A stretch of DNA of 64,000 bases from NCBI RefSeq assembly GCF_001194135.2, contig NC_069006.1, positions 23,624,306 to 23,688,305 of the forward strand, in the 5' to 3' direction. Positions within the stretch are counted from its first letter, which is position 1. Each line of letters starts with the position of its first letter. The notes beneath the pieces were generated by a model. It worked only from the letters and a program-made list of their open reading frames with translations, ran no database searches and had not been told where the DNA came from. Both the position numbers and the translations under genes were made by a program. The stretch comes from Octopus bimaculoides. Lineage: Eukaryota. This document shows, piece after piece, positions 47,925 through 59,857 of this stretch.

Positions 47925-48285
47925 TCTTTTACTCGTTTCAGTCATTAGACTGTGACCATGCTGGAGCACTGCTTTGAAGGATTTTTAGTCAAATGAATTA
48001 ACCTCAGTACTGGGAGAAGGCATTAAGCCTGGTACTTATTCTGTCGCTCACTTTTGCTGAACTGCTAAGTTACAGAGATGTAAACACACTAACACCAGTA
48101 AAGCAGCGGTGGACACACATACACACGTGATGGGCTTCTTTCAGTTTACGTCTACCAAATCCACTCACAAGGCTTTGGTCAGCCTGAGGCTATAGTAGAA
48201 GACACTTGGCCAAGGTGCCTCACAGTGGGACTGAACCTGGAATCGTGTGGTTGGGAAGTAAGCTCCTTACTACACAGCTGCATCT
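47925..48285 (-). mobile_element. SINE family A full-length copy (head + CA spacer + tail)
   Basis: Tail revcomp TTTTACTCGTTTCAGTCATT...CATGCTGGAGCAC at 47925, head revcomp GGGCTTCTTTCAGTTT...CTTACTACACAGC ending near 48280. Confidence 0.88.
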
Positions 48286-48539
48286 ATATAGATAATTATT
48301 TTTATGACTCTGGTGTATTTAGGAATACATTATCCAATGTGATACACCACATTTTTTTGGATGTGATTTGAGAGAGGTATTTGGCTGCTATTTCATGCAG
48401 AACGAGCAGCCACATTCAGGCACCTTCATTAGCTCTCAAAGCTGACTGTGGCAGAATTTGAACTCCGAATGTTAAGACAGAAGAAATTCTGCTAAGCACT
48501 TTGGTGTGTTAACAGCCCTCCCAGCTTACTGCCTTCTTC

Positions 48540-48582
<43 letters not shown>

Positions 48583-48668
48583 TAATAATAATAACAAAAC
48601 ATAAAAGTATTAAATTAAATAGTTTGTGTGTTTAGTTAATGGTTTTTTTTCTTTTTCTTTTCTTTTAG

Positions 48669-48707
48669 AAAACGTTGACTGAATCCAGGGAAGAAACCCA
48701 GGTTGAG
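48669..48707 (+). CDS. RABEP1: Rabaptin-5 exon 16 (KTLTESREETQVE), 39 nt
   Basis: tcttttag| acceptor, GAG|GTATGG donor, phase 0/0. Resembles vertebrate LMQSREQVSEE. Confidence 0.88.
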
Positions 48708-48840
48708 GTATGGTGGTCTTCCTATTTGGTTGGGGGGACAAATGTGTGTGTGTGTGTGTGTGTATCACTGGATGTTGTGATGTTTTTGTTCTTTGTCTTT
48801 AAGAATGAAATTAATGTTATTTTCCCGTTTATTTCCCCAG

Positions 48841-48942
48841 CTGGATCGACTGACTCAGGAAAACGATACTCTTGTCGGCAAGCATTCCAAACATTCTCAA
48901 CAATTACAGAATGAAGACATCAATCTTCCCAACAATCTTGAA
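48841..48942 (+). CDS. RABEP1: Rabaptin-5 exon 17 (LDRLTQENDTLVGKH...LPNNLE)
   Basis: ttccccag| acceptor, GAA|GTAAGC donor, phase 0/0. Resembles vertebrate NDSLQGKHS...ILP. Confidence 0.94.
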
Positions 48943-49094
48943 GTAAGCCACAGCTTCACATAGCGTTATTCAAGTCAAATGTGTGCGTGTGCATGTGGGT
49001 ATGTTTGTGTGTACGTTCAGGCATGTTGCTTGTTCCTTCTCTTCGTCCTGAAAACTTTTGTTTGACTTTGTTGGGTTTCTTTGGAATTTTTCAG

Positions 49095-49284
49095 GAAATG
49101 CAGCTGTTATTATTGAAGTACCGAGAGGAGATTATTGCTGCCAAAGTGGCAAAGGAACACATAGAAGACGCTCTAAAAAGCGAGATCCTGTTTCTCAAAG
49201 ACAGGGCGCTGGCTGACCAGCAAGAAAAGAACACTCTTGAAGAGACTTTGTCACAGGAAGTCAGTACTTTACAAGAACGGCTAG
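49095..49284 (+). CDS. RABEP1: Rabaptin-5 exon 18 (EMQLLLLKYREEII...LQERL)
   Basis: ttttcag| acceptor, G|GTAGGA donor, phase 0/1, LKYREEII and LKSEILFLK motifs. Confidence 0.96.
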
Positions 49285-49786
49285 GTAGGAGAATTTCAGC
49301 TTTCGTTGCTTTTGTTTGACCATTACCTGACCCGGCGGTGGCGGCGGCGGCGGCGGGCGCCGCCGCCGCTGCAACAACAACAACAACAACTACTATTGTG
49401 GCTTTTAACCTTTTGTTACCATTTCTCTGTTGAAATATACAAACTTTGTTTCAATTTATTTTGAAAATAATGAAGAATTTAGTAAAGCTAATGTTTAGAA
49501 CATAAATTAAAGTTTTGAAGCAAGATTTTGATTTGGATTACTTTAACCCTTTTGTTGCCATATTTCTGTTGAAACACATTGCCTTTGTTTCAATGAGTAG
49601 TAAATAACTGAAAGGAATCAGTTGTTTGATTATAAAATTATTAGCGACAGAGGGTAAAGGGTAAAGAAAACCCCTTTGGTCATAATAACTAATTAATAAC
49701 AAACCAATCCCGTTTATCCTGTTGCATATATTAACACTTCCAAACTGTCTCTAATCCATGTCTCTCCTCCTCTTTGCGTGTTGCAG

Positions 49787-49953
49787 CAATTTTGGAAAGC
49801 TGCAAGTCAGAACTGGAGCGGGAATCGTCGGTGCGTGCGGAGACGGAAACCAAACTGCGAGACTCGGACCAGTCTCTGAAGAAGATCCAGACCAAGTCAA
49901 AGCAACTAATCAATGCCTTAACACAACAGTTAGACGAACAAACTACGCTACGG
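49787..49953 (+). CDS. RABEP1: Rabaptin-5 exon 19 (AILESCKSELER...QTTLR)
   Basis: ttgcag| acceptor, CGG|GTAGGC donor, phase 1/0, coiled coil. Confidence 0.93.
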
Positions 49954-51154
49954 GTAGGCCCAGAGTTAGCTTCTTTATTTGACTTATTTGGACTGACATC
50001 GAGAGATGTACATAAGAAACGGCACTCACCAGCAGCGCCATCTGCTGGCACTTCTACTGCTACTATTACTACTACTCCTCCTCCTCCTCCTACTTCTAAA
50101 AATACCCACCATGCCCCCAACTAACAAATTTACAAACACACTGATATAAACACTCCGTATGCTTGTATGTATGTTTGCATTGCTACATGTTTGTGTTTGT
50201 TTATATATGTGTGTATGTGTTTGTTAAAAAAGGTGAAAGAAATTTTTAGTTTTTTGTTTCGTTTGTTGTTTGTTTTTTCTTTCTAGTTATTTTTTATTTA
50301 GGTTTTTCTTTGTTTTTAAGCCCTCCTCTGCTGTCCTATCTTCCCCGTCCCTGCCAACTCCACATCCACCGCCATACACTTCTTTTTCCCTTTCACTCTT
50401 TCTTTCTTTCTTTCTTTCTGGCCCTCCTCCTCCTCTTTCTCTAAAATTTATTTTCGTCTTCGTTTAATACATTCCTCTTCGAAAACTAACTTTAAAAAAA
50501 AAAACTAAATTAAGTTTACTACTGCTAATACTAATAATATTTATATTTCCTCAACCTCCTGTGCTTAGGGGTTTAGGCCCAAGTTTCATAATTACCATAG
50601 CTACCTTCAGTGTTTGTGTGTGTGTCGGTTATGGAGCCAGTTATATGTGTATATTTGGTATATGCAATGGAGGCTGTATTAAATTAAAATGGCCATCTAT
50701 GCATCATACTCAATGTATATACACTGCTGATAGGCCAGTTACTGTAGTATTTGTCCTGAGGTAATATCTTATTGATGTTCTCTGTTCAAAATTCTATGAA
50801 TGTCAGAGGGTGACAAAAAAATTCATCCCCACAATGATCAGCAAGAGCACCATACGTATTTTCATTTCTGATATAGAAACGCATGAAGAAAGCATTTACT
50901 GATGGTGTGAATAGCTTCCCAGGTGAATAAAAATCCAGTACATGCAATTGTGGCAGCATTAAATTAAAATAGCTATCTATATATCATACTCAATGTATAC
51001 ACACTATTGCTAACCCAGTTACTGACCACTGCTGGGACAAATTTTATTTTCCCTCTGATATTTATTATTTTTAACACAGCACATTGATAAGATGTCATTA
51101 TAGGGCAAGTACTGCAGTTAAGGCTTGTCAGTGATGTATATACACAGATGTATG

Positions 51155-51190
<36 letters not shown>

Positions 51191-51330
51191 ATATTACTTT
51201 AACACTAAATTAAATCTTGAAACAAGCCGTGCTGAATGCTATATTTTATTGATATATATATATATAAAAATGTTAATGTCACACTAATGCTTGATGATGT
51301 CTTGAGATGGAACTAATTAAAATAGATGTA

Positions 51331-51918
51331 CAGTTAAATATCTAAATATACTACCAGCCCTAAATTAGCCTCGTCAGCTACTAATGAGCCTGCAATCAAC
51401 GTGAACAACCCATCACTTTCTGAATCTTCATTCATGAAGCCAAACTATGATGATGGTATTGGAAACATTATCATCTACATGCACAGATCTTCAATTAAGA
51501 TTTACATGACATGAAACTCCAGACTTCTACAATACATAAAATATTTTAGAAATTTTTTTTTTAATATAATTCTTTCGCCAGTGCCAGCATCACATACCTA
51601 ACACCTGTGTCGATGGCACATAAAAAGCACCCTTTGAACTTTGGGCCTCACAGAGGCAGTGACAGGTGACTGAGACCTTTGGCAAAATACTGTTCTTGAC
51701 AAGACCTGTCAAGAACAGTATTTCATAACTGGCCCCTGTGCTGGTGGCATGTAAGAAGCACCCACTACATTCTTGGAGTGGTTGGCATTAGGAAGGGCAT
51801 CCAGCTGTAGAAACTGGCTCATATGCTGCTTCAGTAATTCCTGTCTAACTCCTGTCAATGTGGACATAAAAACAGTGATGTTAAACTGTTGTTTCAAGTA
51901 TATTTAGATATTTAACTG
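51331..51918. mobile_element. Non-autonomous Tc1/mariner-like element (588 bp)
   Basis: Perfect 22-bp TIR CAGTTAAATATCTAAATATACT / AGTATATTTAGATATTTAACTG, TA duplication at 51329-51330 and 51919-51920. Contains a nested family E fragment. Confidence 0.85.
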
Positions 51919-53910
51919 TACACTTTCTCACACACACACACACCTATACATGGGACCATTAAGAATATATATGCATATTATGTATATGTATATATATATT
52001 TTTTGAAACATCCTGTATTTTTGTCAGTCTGTTGAATGTAAACATGTATATTTGCTAAACTAATGCTTACTACTAAAAAAAAAAATTGGAATTTTTTTCT
52101 AGATAATAAATTGCTTTGTTTGATCTAGCACTGTGAAATACTCTGAGTTTATTTTTTTAATTTTTCTGTTATTTTCCATGAGATACAAGACATTTTAATA
52201 CCCAGCACAACCCATCATGATACAAGTAATGCTTTTCCAACTTTCTGATGGCTTCCAGTCCATCAGTTTGTATTATTTCTTAAAACTTACATTGTTTTCG
52301 CTTTAAAAAGTCTAATTAAAAGCATTTATCTATATCAGACAATGCTTCATGTAAACTATACCACAATATATGTTTGAAGACATCCTAATTTATAACCTCC
52401 AAGCCAGCTTCCTCTTCACCTCTCAGCACCGCCCTATATTTTCTTTCTTTAACCCCCCCCCCTCCCCTCCTTGTTCACTGTTCTGTCCAGGATTCTTTTG
52501 TTTTTCTTTTGGTTTCAGCCACACCACCAGTCCAGCTAAGTATCTTGACATGTCTCATGCCTCACTTATTTATGACTTACAGCTTTTTTTTCACTACATG
52601 CAGAGCCTCCTAGAAATTCCAACTTCCCCATTAGGCTTTTTCCTTCTTCCCACCACACCATGTTAGAAGCTTCCACATACTCACCATGCCTCACCGTATT
52701 TTGGGGTGGGGCATAGAGCTGTGTTTTTCTATTTTTTCTTATGATGAATTCCTTTTCTTTTCTTTTTTTCTTGTTTCTTATTTTTTTCCATGTTCCAGCC
52801 ACGCATACCAAAACAAATTAAAGCCTTACTAATCAACGTATAAGTTTCTTAATTGTGCTACCACTGCATTAAGGCTTCTGCCTTCTTGCCCTGCCACATT
52901 TACAGCTTTTCCTTATATATATATATTACTGATTTCTTGTCTTACTTACATTTCTCTCTCTCACACTATCTATCTGTCTCTGTCTGTCTCTTTCTCTCAC
53001 TCACCCACTGTCTATCTGTCTCTCACACCCTTTCTATCTGTCTCTATGTCTCTCTTATCCACTCTCTCTATTATTTAATAACTGTTTGATTCAGCTTTCT
53101 ACAAACCTGACGAGTTATGTTCGTTAGGCGAGCCTACAAAACTTCAGGCTACATGGAACCAAACCAAACTGTTTTAAATAATAATGTCTGTAATTCCTAC
53201 CAAATGTCTTAAGTTCCTCTTTCTTTTGTTTCTCCACTCACTTGTGTACATGTGTGTGTGTGTGTGTGTGTGTGTATTTAAGAGCAAACCAGTGGTTCTC
53301 AACTGGGGTTCATATAAGACTTTGGAGGTTCCATGCAAGCAAAATATTAAACTGAGGACCCACCATAGTATATTAGGGATCTATGAAAAATTTTTTACTT
53401 TGGATGAATGTTTTGCAAGATACAACCAGCTTTCTTTCTCAAATGTTTTACAAATGAAAATGTGAGGTACAAAATGGGGATTTTGAAAGAAGTATCTTTT
53501 AAAACTGGCTTTTAATTTAGAAACAATTAATGGATATTATATTTATTTATCTATTTTATTTTTTATAATCTATTCTAATGAGATCCACTCATTAACTGTA
53601 GCATAGCCATAGTTTATTATGCAATTGTTTTCCAAATCAGTTGGTAGTTTTGCACTTCAGCTCAGACACAATAAAGCTGTTTGCTTTTTCATTGTCTCTA
53701 TTTTTTATCTTTATCTTTCTTGCCATCTTTGCTACTTTTGCTGCCAACATTTTCTTCTTCTTATTATTATTATTCCACTATGCACATAGCTTATCATTTT
53801 TACAACCTTAATTCCCAGGAAGTCTCACCAGACATCCAATATGTATCCTGTACAGATGTTCCTACATGCACCTCTTAAGCAGTAATCTTAGTTTTACAGC
53901 TGCATTAGGG

Positions 53911-53974
<64 letters not shown>

Positions 53975-55556
53975 TTATAAACATAGCAGTGGCCTTTTTT
54001 AATTTTTGAATATATTTTTGATCCTAAAATTCAAATTATTTTTGCTGACATGTGAAAATATATATTTCTGATTCTCCTGAAATATCAACATATATTTATC
54101 ATTACATACATATGTGTATATATATACATATATATTTCTTTACACACTTTCATACCTATACGATTTAAAAATTCGTAAATAATGTACAAGGAAAAGACAT
54201 AAGAAATCTATGGAAAAAATCCTTATTAAAGGACGAAGATAAATTCATCCGGATAAATATATATTATATTATATATATATACATATATATATATATTTGA
54301 GTAAAAGGCAGAAATATAGAAATATTACAACTGAAAGGCTATATATATATATATATATATTNNNNNNNNNNTTCATGAAATATTAATATATTGTTGACCT
54401 GGACTATCACAGCTTATTTTTCTGATAAGATCGGTGCATTTTCATAAATGTAAATTTGGTGAAGAAACAAATGTTGTGACCCACCCTGATGAATGGGAGA
54501 CAAATTTATTAAATTTCGAAATTTCAAAATTTTGTTTTATTTATTTATTCATTTTATTACAAATAAAAGGGTCCAATAAAGAACAAAACAAATCAACCCC
54601 AATCCAAAAAGTTTTCGACAAGCCAGCTGTCCACCCCATTGATATTTGCCCTATATTGTTGTCATTTTACTTCACTGACCAACAAGAATTGTTTTGATCA
54701 CTGTCAACTGACCAGTGTAGCTATTCAAAGAACCTAGAGAATGTTGAACAAGAACAACGCCAGGGGTCACACTCTGATCCTTTACTGACCTACCCTAGCG
54801 ACACACTCACCCTACGGTGTTTGGCATGTCAGTGTCTCTGAGCTCTTTTTCCAAGAAATTATTCATCTGATATCGGTCACCAAATCATTACCAGTAGCGT
54901 AACCAAAATAAGAGCGAGCGAGCAACATCCTGTCATTTATTTACAAAGGCCCTTCTTCACAAAAAAAAAAAAATCCAAGCTAAAAGGTAATAAATAGTTC
55001 AGAGAAAACTTATTAGGCCATATTTATTTGTTGTTTATATGTTGTTGTGTATTATTATTGTTAGTATACATTGAAATATATTTGTAATATATTTGTAATA
55101 TATGATATATGACATGCTGAGATATAACTTTGGAGTCATGTATATGATGTGTAAGGTGATAGCATGTCAAGATATACATACTGTTGTGTGTGTCTGTATA
55201 TGCGTGTGTGTGTGTGTGTAATATATATGATTAACCAGGGGGGGGGGTGATTGTCCTGGGAGTAGTTGTCATCTGGAGGGGATTGTCCTATGGGGCAGGG
55301 TGATTGTCCTGATACGTCAGAACCATCACCCTTCTTAGACAGTCTTCATCCATTTATATTGTTCTCTGCACCCACTATCTGTGTTATAATGGCCATCCCA
55401 TCCTTTCTTCTTCTCCTCCTGGGCCACTAAACTTATCTCTCCTGTCTGTCTCTCTACGCAAACATGTCACCTCTCCCTTCTTCCCCTGTCATTGGTATCA
55501 TCATCATCATCATAACCCTGCTTTTAGCATCCCCCTTGCCAAATACATTACAAATA

Positions 55557-55720
55557 TAGGCGTGGCTGTTTGGTAAGAAGTTTGCTTCTTGACTGCATGG
55601 ATCCGGGTTCAGTCCCACTGCACAGCATCTTGGAAATGTGTCTGCTACCATAGCCTCAGGCTGACCAAAGCCTTGTGAGTGGATTTCGTAGGCAGAAAGT
55701 GAAAGAAGCCCATTGTGTAT
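55557..55720 (+). mobile_element. SINE family A head
   Basis: GGCGTGGCTGTTTGGTAAG...GGTTCAGTCCC...GCCTTGTGAGTGGATTT...AAAGAAGCCC, then a TA/CA repeat. Confidence 0.85.
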
Positions 55721-56264
55721 GTATATACATATACACACATACACACAGAGTCTTCATTTTTGTAACTTCCAGGATTGTTTTACAGTGAACTGGTATTTCT
55801 GTTCCAGGGTATTAACATTGTGTGTGTGTGTGTGTGTGCATGTGGTCAACTGAAATTGATCAACTCAGGGTCTCACATGAGATATTATGAAGTATTGAGA
55901 TAGGGGAGAGGTTTTGTGTTGCAAATTTACTTAAGAAAGCAAAAGCAGTCAGCAAACTGACGACCATTTACACACACGCACACTCACGCGCGGATAAATT
56001 CTTTCTACCAAAACAATTTTTGTGCTATTCAATCTTTTACCAAACTCAAGTGTGGCAGGGTTTTTTCGTGAAATAGAAAAGATTTTGTGATTTCTATAAA
56101 AAATGTTGTTTAAGGGGTTCCACAATGGACTAATTTTGGGGATCACTGCATTATGGTATTAACCCCAGTAGTTGAGTTTCTTTCTAGTAAATTCTCACCT
56201 GAATATCTCCTACACTGTCTCAACACTCTTTGTTTTCCTTCTCTTTTTGCTGCTGAACTTACAG

Positions 56265-56381
56265 AGTAAACTGGAGACAGAGGTCAGTACTATGAAGGCC
56301 AAAGTGCAGTCATTACAAGTGGATCTGGAGAATAGTGAAGCTGTACAGAGAGATTTTGTTAAACTATCCCAGTCTTTACAG
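56265..56381 (+). CDS. RABEP1: Rabaptin-5 exon 20 (SKLETEV...SEAVQRDFVKLSQSLQ), Rab5-binding region
   Basis: ttacag| acceptor, CAG|GTTTGT donor, phase 0/0. Hallmark SExVQRDFVKLSQ motif of the C-terminal Rab5-binding domain. Confidence 0.97.
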
Positions 56382-56451
56382 GTTTGTACAACTGTTTCAA
56401 TGTGGCCCTTTGTCATTGTTAAGTCCCCTACTCGAGAAACAAATATGTCGG

Positions 56452-56645
56452 GCACTGGCATGGCTGTGCATAGATGGGGCTGTGCGGTGAGAAGTCTGCT
56501 TCCCAACCACATGGTTCTTGATCCAGTCCCACTGCATGGCACCTTGGGCAAGTTTCTTTCACTATAGCTGCCAACCAAAACCTTGTCAGTAGATTGAGCA
56601 GACAAAATCTGAAAGAAGCCCTTTGTACGTGTGTTTGTCCCCCAC
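56452..56645 (+). mobile_element. SINE family A head in intron 20
   Basis: GCTGTGCGGTGAGAAG...CAGTCCCACTGCATGGCACCTTGGGCAAG...CTGAAAGAAGCCC. Confidence 0.8.
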
Positions 56646-56920
56646 ATGCAGCTGTGTTAAGTTATTGGATCTACCAATTTACATATTAGATGCATTCCTG
56701 GAGCTGGTATGTAAATCTCCAGTTTTATAACGATCTCAATTAATTGCTGGGAACAATAAATATTAAACAATTAAAGTTAAAGAAGTGATTTTAAATTCTC
56801 AGTCGCAGGATAATGCTAATAATGTAGCCTGAACAGGATAAACTACCCCTATTTTTGCAGAAAAAAAGTGTAGGCGGTTAAATTAGTAGTTCTCCTTTTT
56901 ATTCTTGTGTTTTTCTCCAG

Positions 56921-57031
56921 ATTCAACTGGAAAAAATTCGGCAAGCAGAAACTGAGGTGAGATGGCAGCATGAAGAAGATGTTGATGAATGTAACAATTG
57001 CAGACAGGCTTTTTCTGTGACAAAGCGAAAG
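56921..57031 (+). CDS. RABEP1: Rabaptin-5 exon 21 (IQLEKIRQAETEVRWQHEEDVDECNNCRQAFSVTKRK), N-half of FYVE finger; gene incomplete 3'
   Basis: ttctccag| acceptor, AAG|GTAAAG donor. Contains the WxxD-type motif, the first CxxC and the (R/K)(R/K) that precede HHCR in FYVE domains. No HHCR exon found in the visible sequence downstream. Confidence 0.95.
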
Positions 57032-57047
57032 GTAAAGTACCGACTTT

Positions 57048-57716
57048 NNNNNNNNNNNNNNNNNNNNNNNNNNNNNNNNNNNNNNNNNNNNNNNNNNNNN
57101 NNNNNNNNNNNNNNNNNNNNNNNNNNNNNNNNNNNNNNNNNNNNNNNNNNNNNNNNNNNNNNNNNNNNNNNNNNNNNNNNNNNNNNNNNNNNNNNNNNNN
57201 NNNNNNNNNNNNNNNNNNNNNNNNNNNNNNNNNNNNNNNNNNNNNNNNNNNNNNNNNNNNNNNNNNNNNNNNNNNNNNNNNNNNNNNNNNNNNNNNNNNN
57301 NNNNNNNNNNNNNNNNNNNNNNNNNNNNNNNNNNNNNNNNNNNNNNNNNNNNNNNNNNNNNNNNNNNNNNNNNNNNNNNNNNNNNNNNNNNNNNNNNNNN
57401 NNNNNNNNNNNNNNNNNNNNNNNNNNNNNNNNNNNNNNNNNNNNNNNNNNNNNNNNNNNNNNNNNNNNNNNNNNNNNNNNNNNNNNNNNNNNNNNNNNNN
57501 NNNNNNNNNNNNNNNNNNNNNNNNNNNNNNNNNNNNNNNNNNNNNNNNNNNNNNNNNNNNNNNNNNNNNNNNNNNNNNNNNNNNNNNNNNNNNNNNNNNN
57601 NNNNNNNNNNNNNNNNNNNNNNNNNNNNNNNNNNNNNNNNNNNNNNNNNNNNNNNNNNNNNNNNNNNNNNNNNNNNNNNNNNNNNNNNNNNNNNNNNNNN
57701 NNNNNNNNNNNNNNNN
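57048..57716. other. Assembly gap 16 nt after exon 21 (one of 14 N-runs)
   Basis: Run of N. Other large gaps: 7955-8145, 10546-11021, 25794-26260, 27330-28323, 29532-29788, 38686-38920, 42986-43130, 62496-62960. Many abut simple repeats, most often (TA)n. Confidence 0.99.
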
Positions 57717-58879
57717 GAGAAAGAAAGAAACAGAAAAAAAAAAAAAATCTCACGTGGAGAACTGCCAGATATTTATGGATATAAATAAATAAACAAAAAT
57801 AATCAACAACAACAACAGCAGCAGAAGTGACTGAATGTAATTATATAAAAGAACATTGGAAGAACTTTCTCTCCAATTTATTGTATAAAAGTAGATGAAA
57901 AAAAAAAACAAACAAAAAATATACAAAACTAAAATTGAATGAAAAACAGACTGTGACTGTTGCAGAATTAATATATAAGGATATTTATTTGTAATGATGA
58001 TTCTGTCACCCAATCTTTTAACTGGAGCATGTGTGTGTGCATATGTGCGTGTATTTGTGTGTATGCGAGTGAGTATGTCTGTGTGTGTATATATTATTTT
58101 TCACATTTCTTTGTAAATCAATGGGATAGAAGGCTTTGACAATAGCTTGCCATTTATTCCAAGGCTGGTGGAAGAGCTGTTTATTGGGGCTTTTTTTCAC
58201 CATGCAAAACGTTTTTCAAGCTCGTTATTGTTGTTCTTCTCCTGCCTTCAGGGTTTTTTTTTTTTTTTTTTTTCTCACCTGTGTCTAAAGGTGATCAATT
58301 TTTCTTGATTCTGGTGGCAGGGTCCATCTCGACTAAAAATTTTTTAAATGTGATTATGTTTGGTTCATTTGGAAAACCTNNNNNNNNNNNNNNNNNNNNN
58401 NNNNNNNNNNNNNNNNNNNNNNNNNNNNNNNNNNNNNNNNNNNNNNNNNNNNNNNNTTGTCCTTAATTAGACCTTCATACGAGATCTTTCATTTTTGGTC
58501 ACGTTCCTGAGATAGCCAATATGAAACATGGTGAGTTTCTTTTGTGTTCCCTTCAGTGACTTATCAACCAGCATTTACAACCAGACAGCAATATTCATTT
58601 AATATTATTGTTGTGCTACAGTTTCAAACAATCCTTGTTGAATTCCCAGCTGTTATAATGTTCTTATGGAAGCTCGTTAAGCATTTTCCCAACCTTGCTT
58701 TATGAATTTTTGGCATGCTGTTTTAGTCCAAAAAAAAAAAAAGTCCTTCCACCTCATTACTTCTTGTGGTTCTCTTAAAAGGCCACAAGTCCAGATCAAC
58801 TGCGAGCTTCACAATGTGTTTTTCAAGTAGAGAGCATTATTCTACATTTTCCTCACTTCACGTCACCTCACTTAGCTGT

Positions 58880-58942
58880 CGGAATGCGTTCCAGAACATT
58901 TGGGAGATATCAGCTGTGATTGACCATCATCTTAACTGGAGA

Positions 58943-59006
<64 letters not shown>

Positions 59007-59260
59007 CTGTCATCAATCTGTGAAACTGAGTCTAAACCTGGACTACCATTTAAAAGTTGTCTCTCAAGTCACTGGCTGCATTTACTTACTTTAAGGGCAT
59101 TCTCCATCAGAAGTAATGCCTCACCTATCAAGCTGTCAATGTTCATACATATAATGGTGGTCTTGGAGGTGTCAACGATGAAGTGTGCTATATTTTGGAT
59201 AGTAGTTGAGTCTGTCGATCCCATTCGATAAATGATTGCGTTATGTAGCTGTAGAGAGCA
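58880..59260 (+). mobile_element. Possible decayed CR1/L2-like RT fragment split by (TA)n
   Basis: Pieces read VIDHHLNWR and LLTLRAFSIRSNASPIKL, loosely like the GVxIDxxLxWxxH / LxRAF motifs. Heavily degraded. Confidence 0.4.
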
Positions 59261-59365
59261 TTGTCACTAAATTGTCAAGTGGACAATTATCTATCTTCTA
59301 TTTGATATTTAAAAACACAGGGAGAAAGAGAGGGAGAGAGAATACGCTATTCTTTGGCTGTCTCT

Positions 59366-59521
59366 CAGGGGCGGACTGAGAGCATTACGGGCCCTTGGGC
59401 ATAACTGTTTACTGGGCCCCTTTAAATGTGTGTTTTAGTAGTTAACATGTAGAGTGCAGGCCTCTCATAGCTCAGGTCCCTTGGGCAGTGCCTGATTGAC
59501 CGACGGCTCAGTCCTCCCCTG
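59366..59521. mobile_element. 156-bp hAT-type MITE
   Basis: TIR CAGGGGCGGACTGAG / CTCAGTCCTCCCCTG (14/15). Perfect 8-bp TSD CTGTCTCT at 59358-59365 and 59522-59529. Confidence 0.93.
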
Positions 59522-59857
59522 CTGTCTCTGTTTTATCCATCATCTGAACCTATTGTAATTAAAAGGAAGAACTGTATCTCTATTGTACACTAGATTTCAC
59601 TGAAAAACCATTTCAAGAAAGTCTCATTAGTAACCGTATGGTACCGTATTGAGGGCAGATTAGTGAATGAGATACAAATCACTCCTATCTGTTCTTGCAG
59701 TCCACCAACATATGATTGATTATATTGCCATTCTTTTTCATGGGCTGCGGCAATGTATATAGTAAGTATTTTGTGAAGGTCACTGGAATGGCTGTGTGAG
59801 TGTGAGGACGTTGTTTCATTCTAAGCAATATTTAATACTCAGTGATGTCTGATTTTG

